64,000 nucleotides of DNA, taken from the NCBI RefSeq assembly GCF_006345805.1, contig NC_043026.1, positions 12,813,579 to 12,877,578 of the forward strand. Reading direction: 5' to 3'. Origin of the DNA: Octopus sinensis. Its lineage: Eukaryota. The position numbers were made by a program, and so were the translations under genes. Numbering within the stretch: position 1 is the first letter of the stretch; each line of letters begins with the position of its first letter. The notes beneath the pieces are model-generated. The model searched no databases. It saw only the letters and a list, made by a program, of their open reading frames with translations, and was not told the origin of the DNA. Of this stretch, positions 56,882 through 64,000 are shown piece after piece.

Positions 56882-58582
56882 CTAGCTCTTTCCTTTCTCT
56901 CCTGTGTGAATAAAATTGTGCCTAGTTAAGTGACTTTTTTGAGAGAATGATTTACCACAGATATCACACTGATATGATTTCTCTCCTGTATGAATAAAAT
57001 TGTGCCTAGTTAAGTGACTTTTTTGAGAGAATGATACACCACAGATATCACACTGATATGGTTTCTCTCCAGTATAAATAACACATTTGTGTTTCTTGAA
57101 GCTACTACTATGAGAGAACGATTTACCACAGATATCACAATGATAGGGTTTCTCTCCTGTATGAACACGTATGTGGTCAGTTAAGTGAATACTTTGAGAA
57201 AATAATTTACCACAAATATCACAATGATATGGTTTCAACCCGATATGAAGGCGTTTGTGTTTTATTAAGTTTCTATTGTCAGAGAATGATTTACCACAGA
57301 CATCACAATCATATGGTTTCTCTCCTGTATGAGTGCGTTTGTGTACTGTTAAGCTAATATTTCGAGAGAATGATTTACCACAGACATCACAACGATGTGG
57401 TTTCTCTCCTGTATGAGTGCGTTTGTGATCTGTTAAGCTAATATTTTGAGAGAATGATTTACCACAGACATCACAACGATATGGTTTCTCTCCTGTATGA
57501 ATATATTTGTGTTCTGTTAAGCGAGTACTTTGAGAGAATGATATATTGCAAATATCACACTGATATGGTTTCTCTCCTGTATGAACACGTTTGTGTATAG
57601 TTAAGGCACTTCTGTGAGAGAATGATTTACCGCAGATATCACACTGATATGGTTTCTCTCCTGTATGAACACGCTTGTGTTTAGTTAAGGCACAATTCTG
57701 AGAGAATGGTTTACCGCAGATATCACACTGATATGGTTTCCCTCCTGCATGAAAAGAGTGAAATAGTTTTTCACCTGTATGTGTACGTTTGTGTCTAGCT
57801 AAAACACTATTTGAAGAGAATGATTTACCACAGATATCACAGTGATATGGTCTCTCTCCTGTATGAACACGCTTGTGTATAATTAAGGCACGATTATGAC
57901 AATATGATACACCACAGATATCACACCGATATGGTTTCTCTCCTGTGTGAGTGCGATTGTGCTTTGTTAAGGCATGATTTTCAGAGAATGATTTACCACA
58001 GATAACACACTGATATGGTTTCTCTCCTGTGTGAATACGTACGTGTGTAGATAAGTGAGCACTTTGAGAGAATGATTGACCACAGATGTCACAATGATAT
58101 GGTTTCTCACCTGTATGAATAAGTTTGTGACCAGTTAAGTGACTACTTTGAGAGAAAGATTTACCACAGACATCACAGTGATATGGTTTTTCTCCTGTAT
58201 GAACGCGTTGGTGTGTAGTTAAGTGATTAGTTTCAGAGAATGATTTACCACAGATATCACAATGACATGGTTTCTCTTCTGTGTGAATACGTTTATGTCT
58301 AGTAAAGATACTAATATGAGAAAAGGATTTACCACAGATATCACAATGATATGGTGTCTCTCCTGTATGAATATATTTGTGTTTCATTAAGCTACTGTTG
58401 TGACAGAATGATTTACCACAGACATCACAGTGATATGGTTTATCTCCTGTATGAATACATTTGTGCCTTAGAAGGTCACTTTCTTGAGAAAAGGACTTTG
58501 TACAAATATCACAGTCATAGGATATCTTTTTCATCACGTCTTCTAAGGATATCAATTCTACAATATTCTCTCTCTCATCCAT
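56882..58582 (-). CDS. C2H2 zinc-finger protein (ZNF6 here), 19 finger units; duplicate of ZNF4
   Basis: 566-aa ORF. Predicted acceptor at 58940-58939 homologous to that of ZNF4. Confidence 0.93.
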   Translation of the reverse strand: MDERENIVELISLEDVMKKISYDCDICTKSFSQESDLLRHKCIHTGDKPYHCDVCGKSFCHNSSLMKHKYIHTGETPYHCDICGKSFSHISIFTRHKRIHTEEKPCHCDICGKSFSETNHLTTHQRVHTGEKPYHCDVCGKSFSQSSHLTGHKLIHTGEKPYHCDICGQSFSQSAHLSTHVRIHTGEKPYQCVICGKSFSENHALTKHNRTHTGEKPYRCDICGVSYCHNRALIIHKRVHTGERPYHCDICGKSFSSNSVLARHKRTHTGEKLFHSFHAGGKPYQCDICGKPFSQNCALTKHKRVHTGEKPYQCDICGKSFSHRSALTIHKRVHTGEKPYQCDICNISFSQSTRLTEHKYIHTGEKPYRCDVCGKSFSQNISLTDHKRTHTGEKPHRCDVCGKSFSRNISLTVHKRTHTGEKPYDCDVCGKSFSDNRNLIKHKRLHIGLKPYHCDICGKLFSQSIHLTDHIRVHTGEKPYHCDICGKSFSHSSSFKKHKCVIYTGEKPYQCDICGVSFSQKSHLTRHNFIHTGEKSYQCDICGKSFSQKSHLTRHNFIHTGEKGKS

Positions 58583-59404
58583 TATTTTTCCTCTCAGATC
58601 CCAGTTTATATATTTTCCTTGCTTTTGTTCGTATGCTTTATTTTTTCAAATATTTCTTTGGCTGAATCTCTGTCCAGTGTTACCTTTCTTTAGCAACACT
58701 TCCATAAATTAAATCCAACTTCAATCAGCAAACAGGTTCCTCTTCTTCACACTCCAGTCAGGGAGGGTCACAAATTTCGCTGATAATATTATGTCAAAGC
58801 AAATGTTTCACAGGAATTCTTCCACGTATTTGTAGAAACAATCTGATACATCTGTTCCATGGAATAATTTCGTTTAGTCTTTAAAACACGGCAGATATTG
58901 AGGATGATTCTTCTGTTATGTCAAAGTCATCTGATGTCCTGAAATTATAAAGAAACAACCGCGTAAGATGGTAGAGGCTACTTAAGAAATACAGAAATAC
59001 GTGAAAAAAATAGAAAAGAAATAGTTAAAAAACTGCTTATAATAAGATTAAATGGTACTTCGTGGGAGAGGGGATCCTGCTGCTATTTCATTCGTTTCAT
59101 GTTGTTTTTTTTTTGGTCCCCACTGTGGTGTTGTGCCTGTCGTTTTACTGCCCACTCTATTGTTTTATACCTATTTCTGGGCAATGGTAAAGTGAGCGCA
59201 CACCACCGAACCGGACCCAGAACCTAGCCATAAACCTTAAGAGGGTGCACCATAAAAACACAATCAGGAATTTACCTGAATGGTAAAAGCAAATTACCTC
59301 CCCTTGTACGGTCCCACACATTCCTTTCTATTCGCGGGAACCCGAGTTAGGGGGTCTTTAAATGGATGAATCTTCCTAATTTTTTGCACACACCGTTTAT
59401 TTTG

Positions 59405-59788
59405 TATACTCTTTACTCTTTTACTTGTTTCCGTCATTTGGCTGCGGCCATACTGGAGCACCGCCTTTAGTCGTGCAAATCGTCGAACCCGGGACTTATT
59501 CTTTTGTAAGCCCAGTACTTATTGTATCGTTCTACTTTTGCTGAACCGCTACGTGACGGGGACGTAAACACACCAGCATCGGTTGTCAAGCGATGCTAGG
59601 GGGACAAACACACACACACACATATATATACGACGGGCTTCTTTCAGTTTCCGTCTACCAAATCCATTCACAAGGCACTGGTCGGCCCGGCGCTATAGCC
59701 GAAGACACTTGCCCAAGGTGCCACGCAGTGGGACTGAACTCGGGACCATGTGGTTGGTTAGCAAGCTACTTACCGCACAGCCACTCCT
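59405..59788 (-). mobile_element. SINE family A
   Basis: Full-length; paralog of 48230-48559. Confidence 0.85.
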
Positions 59789-60244
59789 TAGTATAAAATA
59801 TATTTAAATGGATGAATCTTTCTAATTTTCTCCATACACCATTTACTTTGTATATAATTTCTATTTTAATAACTTTTTTTAAAAATTGCATTTCATTTTC
59901 TCGGAGTGGTACGTTTCTAAAGGAGCTCCTCATTCTCAAATGCTCGCTGAAGGTAATTTGAAAAGATCCCCTCAAAGGAATAACATCGATGCGCTAGTCT
60001 GACATTCTGCCTTAATTTTCAGCATAATTTCAAATCTACAAGTACGAGGAAAGCAAGTCGAGGCGTATAAATTATACATAAACCCCATTCAATTATACTT
60101 TTCACAACAAATTCCTACATAATCCGGTACTACTAGCGAACAGTAGTCCCGGCATGCTTGCTAGTCGTAAATAGTCGAGCCCAAACAATTTTATTAAATT
60201 TAGTAAATCAATTATTTACTTAGTAAAAAGTTTTAAAAAATGAT

Positions 60245-60507
60245 GGCGATCTTACGGTATAAGTACCGGATACATTTAAAAAAAAGTGTTGTTTTTTTAT
60301 ATATGGGGGGGGGGTTAGGATTAGGGTTAGGGGTGGGAGAAAAGAGTTTCTGTTACCTTCAGATATGTAAACAAAGTCACGTGTGTACCTATACCGAAGG
60401 ATCGCCCCAACTCTACCCCCCCCCATATATATATTAAAAAAACCCACTTTTCTGAAATGTATCTGGTACTTCCTGAAGTACATCGGTACTTATACCTTAA
60501 GATCGCC
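60245..60507. mobile_element. MITE with 23-24-bp TIRs and long imperfect subterminal inverted repeats
   Basis: GGCGATCTTACGGTATAAGTACC versus GGTACTTATACCTTAAGATCGCC (one mismatch); poly-G/poly-C mirror; internal TTAGGGTTAGGG. Confidence 0.75.
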
Positions 60508-60944
60508 AGAATTATTTACCTTGTTCGAAAAATATTTAATTTGTGTAAAACAATATTAATTAATTTGTTTATCGCGCATGCGTGAATCTAATCATTTGCG
60601 CACGCGCAAGACGTTGTAGGATCGACTACTCACGACTAGCTAGCGCGAGTGCGCGCACCGGGACCACTGTTCGCTAGTTGTGCCCACTTATTGCCGATGC
60701 AAGCACAAGAGATGATGAGAATATCACAGAATGGGCGGGGGTGAAGCGTGTGTAGACACCACCTCACGGTAACACTAAAAGCTAAACCGAACGACGGGGC
60801 ACAGTAAAAGATCAGATTAAAAAGGGACGATATCGCGAGACCCCTTACATAATTAAAAGCAGTCTTCGTCACCTTACATTGCCCCTCGCCAACTCCATAT
60901 CCTTAAGATTTAGAGACTCTATGTTGGCGTTGTACTTAAGTAGT

Positions 60945-61982
60945 GCAGAAATAGCAGCCAAATCTCGCATTAATCATAGAACCTTTCAGTCACTGCTAGA
61001 AATAGCAGCCAAATCTCGCATTAATCATAGAACCTTTCAGTCACTGCTAGAAATATATTTCTTTATTACCCACAAGACGCGACAAACAAGGAGAGACAAA
61101 CGGGTTAAGTCGATTACATCGACCCCAGTGCGTAACTAGTACTTAATTTATCGACCCCTAAAGGATGAAAGGAAAAGTCGACCTCGGCGGAATTTGAACT
61201 CAAAACGCAGCGACGGACGAAATACCGTAATGCATTTCGCCCGGTGTGCTAACGTTTCTGCCAGCTCACACGCAGATCATAGAGTCCCTCTTCCATAGCT
61301 AGAAATAGCAGCCAAATCACACACAGATCATAGAATCTCTCTTCTATAGCTAGAAATAGCAGCCAAATCACACACAGGTCATGGAATCTCTCTTCTATAG
61401 CTAGAAATAGCAGCCAAATCACACACAGATCATAGAATCCCTCTTCTATAGCTAGAAATAGCAGCCAAATCACACACAGATCATAGAATCTCTGTTATAT
61501 AGCTAGGAATAGCAGCGAAATCACACACAGACCATAGAGTGTCTGTTCCATAGCTAGAAATAGCAGCGAAGTCACACACAGATCATAGAATCTCTCTTCT
61601 ATAGCTAGAAATAGCAGCCAAATCACACACAGATCATGGAATCTCTGTTATATAGCTAGAAATAGCAGCCAAATCACACACAGATCATAGAATCTCTCTT
61701 CTATAGCTAGAAATAGCAGCTAAATCACACAGAGATTATGGAATCTCTCGTCTATAGTTAGAAATAGCAGCCAAATCACACACAGATCATAGAATCTCTC
61801 TTCCATAGCTAGAAATAGCAGCTAAATCACACAGAGATCATGGCATCTCTCTTCTATAGCTAGAAATAGCAGCCAAATCACACACAGATCATAGAGTCTC
61901 TCTTCCATAGCTAGAAATAGCAGGCAAATCACACGCAGATCATGGAATCTCTGTTATATGGCTAGAAATAGCAGCCAAATCC
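60945..61982. repeat. 51-bp minisatellite arrays of copy B (about 2 and about 14 units) around a minus-strand SINE B
   Basis: Same units as 49176-50155 with different copy numbers. Confidence 0.92.
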
Positions 61983-62459
61983 CGCACAAATCAGGGACAT
62001 CTCTCGTTCATAAAACACAGAAGAGACACAAAGAATCGAGGCGCCAAAGACCGAAAGTCTACAGAATTAAAAACAATGAAAATCTTCTTTGCTTAATACT
62101 TACGGAAATGTTTCATGAAGGATAGTGTTGTTATATGTGTGTGTGTCTAGCAGGTGAGGAATAAACTTCAAGGGCCTATTACAAGGATCGTCATCAGCTG
62201 AGAAGGGAAGATTCTTGTCAGAAACGGATTCGCAGACTTTTCTAGGAAAGTACTTCCAATGCGCATGCGTATGAACAAACTATTTAAATCGATTTCCAGT
62301 TAATTTATTCATGTTTGCGTGCGTGTTAATATCTGTCTTTACTGCTCGTCCAATCAGGTTATTCCACGTCACTGCTCACCACGCCCTTTCCACTTCTATA
62401 ATCCTTTCGGTCCATTCTTTGCCATCTTCACCCAAATTATTTCATCTTGGTCGAGATGT

Positions 62460-63617
62460 TTCCATTTCATCTGCCGCTGTGTTCTGAGTTTAGCCCCTTG
62501 TGGGTAGTAAAGAAATAGGTATTTCGTCTGCCGTTACGTTCAGAGTTCAAATTCCGCCGAGGTCGACTTTGTCTTTCATCCTTTCGGGGGTCGATAAATA
62601 AAGTACCAGTTACCCACTGGGGTCCATGTAATCGACTCAATCCCTTTGTCTGTCCTTGTTTGTCCCCACTATGTTTAGCCCCTTGTGGCTAATAAAGAAA
62701 TAGGTATTTCATCTGCCGCTGTGTTCTGAGTTCAAATTCCGCCGAGGTCGACTTTGCCTTTCATTCTTTCGGGGTCGATAAATTAAGTACCAGTTACCCA
62801 CTGGGGTCCATGTAATCGACTCAATCCCTTTGTCTGTCCTTGTTTGTCCCGTCTGTGTTTAGCCCCTTGTGGGTAGTAAAGAAATAGGTATTTCGTCTGC
62901 CGTTACGTTCAGAGTTCAAATTCCGCCGAGGTCGACTTTGCCTTTCATTCTTTTGGGGTCGATAAATTAAGTACCAGTTACGCACTAGGGTCGATATAAT
63001 CGACTTAATACCTATGTCTGTCCTTGTTTGTCCCCTCTGTGTTTAACCCCTTGTGGGTAATAAAGAAATAGGTATTTCGTCTGCCCATACGTTCTGAGTT
63101 CAAATTCCGCCGAGGTCGACTTTGCCTTTCATCCTTTTGGGGTCGATAAATAAAGTACCAGTTACCCACTGGGATCGATGTAATCGACTGAATCCCTTTG
63201 TCTGTCCCCTCTGTGTTTAGCCCCTTGTGGGCAGTAAAGAAACAGATATTTCCCTTTCATCTGCCGCTGTGTTCTGAGTTCAAATTCCGCCGAGGTCGAC
63301 TTTGCCATTCATCCTTTCGGAATCGATAAATTAAGTACCAGTTACCCACTGGGATCGATGTAATCGACTGAATTCCTTTGTCTGTCCCCTCTGTGTTTAG
63401 CCCCTTGTGGGCAGTAAAGAAACAGATATTTCCCTTTCATCTGCCGCTGTGTTCTGAGTTCAAATTCTGCCGAGGTCGACTTTGCCTTTCATACTTTTGG
63501 GGTCGATAAATAAAGTACCAGTTTCGCCCTGGGATCGATGTAATCGACTTAATCCCTTTGTCTGTCCTTGTTTGTCCCCTCTATGTTTAGCCCCTTGTGG
63601 GCAGTAAAGAAACAGAT
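62460..63617 (+). mobile_element. Tandem SINE B array of copy B (one internally deleted unit plus six units)
   Basis: Paralog of 50631-51546 with extra units. Confidence 0.87.
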
Positions 63618-64000
63618 ATTTCATTGACTCATTCTCTGAAAGCAATGTTTTAACTAAACCTGCTTTCATTGATATGAAAACGTAATTATATAAATGTGAC
63701 ACTTCATAACAACAACTTTAACAGGCATTTTAAACTTCGCCTGAATTCAGGTCAGTGTTGTAGGTTTTAGCCACAGCAACAATTAATCCATTCGTTTCTA
63801 TGACAGAGTCTTCACGCCAATGCTGTTGTAGTGTCTACAAAGGCATTTGTCAATTGTTTGTGTATATTTAATACAAATCTGCAGCTTTCTCAATTATATC
63901 ATGAAAAGCAATTTTGGTGAACGTAGTCCAGCACAAACAGCTATCAAGAGTGAAAGACGGGGAGGATTAGAAGGTGGTATATTTATTCGATAGGCGGCGA

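Larger units (their letters stand above)
55377..64000. repeat. Segmental duplication copy B, running off the window
   Basis: See copy A. Lacks the equivalent of 42727-45488. Confidence 0.9.

Noticed and set aside
1938-58582. KRAB, SCAN, BTB, ZAD or SET effector domains and specific gene symbols for the ZNFs
   Set aside because: The N-termini are only about 10-55 aa with no recognisable domain. These look like lineage-specific paralogs, so no symbol is assigned.

Overview
Eukaryotic, repeat-rich genomic DNA. It is most consistent with an octopus (coleoid cephalopod) C2H2 zinc-finger gene cluster; the taxon is inferred from the SINE types and the KRAB-less ZNF architecture. Six intact C2H2 ZNF ORFs are present: a head-to-head inverted pair at 1938-6419, one at 15463-16242, and three minus-strand paralogs at 45568-58582. 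A single-exon 1850-aa ORF (35945-41497) appears to encode a coiled coil followed by six tandem NHL-like beta-propellers. The right third of the window is a tandem segmental duplication with a 14,474-bp first unit. Its junction at 55377 cuts off the 5' end of one ZNF and leaves a pseudogenised 3' fragment of the large ORF. Intergenic DNA is mostly tRNA-derived SINEs, LINE 3' ends (RTE, CR1, CRE), mariner relics and MITEs. Three features stand out: (1) a 4.9-kb 57-bp satellite with higher-order structure enclosed by piggyBac-type TTAA/TIR ends (18187-23248); (2) a perfect 67-bp palindrome in which each arm carries a complete type I hammerhead ribozyme core (24771-24910); (3) the six-propeller protein. 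All assignments come from reading the sequence by eye. No searches were run, splice and promoter calls are predictions, and most repeat boundaries are approximate.
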